The position numbers and the translations under genes were made by a program. DNA of 63,848 nucleotides, counting the filler, from Octopus bimaculoides (taxonomy: Eukaryota): the NCBI RefSeq assembly GCF_001194135.2. It is 7 parts of 7 records of this genome, joined end to end, with 100 filler letters (N's around TTAATTAATTAA, not from the genome) between each part and the next. Parts side by side here need not be neighbours in the genome. Positions count along the whole stretch, not along the records: positions 62,757 to 63,848 come from NW_026325428.1; 6 more parts are not named here. The stretch is one strand, 5' to 3'. This document shows, piece after piece, positions 63,650 to 63,848 of the stretch. The stretch's first letter is position 1, and each line of letters opens with the position of its first letter. The notes beneath the pieces were generated by a model. It had not been told where the DNA came from. It searched no databases and worked only from the letters and a program-made list of their open reading frames with translations.

Positions 63650-63824
63650 AAGTGGTAAATATCCAAGCGAGGTGTATCCCGCAGGCTACACTTCAGGCCA
63701 AGGATATCTTGATTAAACGAAAGTTTACAACCTCCCTGCGAAAATGTAGAATATCATTTAATCAAGATATCCTTGGCCTGAAGAGTAGCCGACGGTATAC
63801 ACCTCGCTTTGATATTTACCACTT
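63650..63824. mobile_element. 175-bp MITE with 68-bp TIRs
   Basis: 63650-63717 and 63757-63824 are nearly perfect inverted repeats with a 39-bp spacer. Confidence 0.9.
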
Positions 63825-63848
63825 ATATATTGTGTGTGCGTGTGTGTG

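Overview
AT-rich, gappy, microsatellite-laden animal genomic DNA. The SINE and repeat landscape suggests a cephalopod such as Octopus (inference). It is mostly intronic sequence of one minus-strand gene. Five splice-supported exons (51091-51145, 15250-15285, 14844-14933, 13789-13968, 4937-5118) join in frame into a glycosylated extracellular protein with a divergent F-type lectin (fucolectin/FTP)-like domain that has lost the canonical fucose-binding motif. The introns hold mariner, Tc1, pogo/Tigger and DUF4817-type transposon fossils, several MITE/foldback elements, Tx1-like, CR1-like and R4/Dong-like LINE fragments (the last nearly always abutting (AAT)n/(AAC)n), and at least four SINE families. 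The most unusual signal is a set of nine hammerhead-ribozyme-like motifs in short Penelope-type repeat remnants. Three are minimal type I motifs with palindromic stem III and two are degenerate. Four carry the three junction strands in reversed, non-circularly-permuted order (GAAA strand, CUGAUGA strand, GUC strand), including a well-paired one at 3131-3238 in a 100-nt tandem unit. Structures were folded by eye and no database searches were run. Nearly all listed ORFs are microsatellite, gap or TE artefacts.
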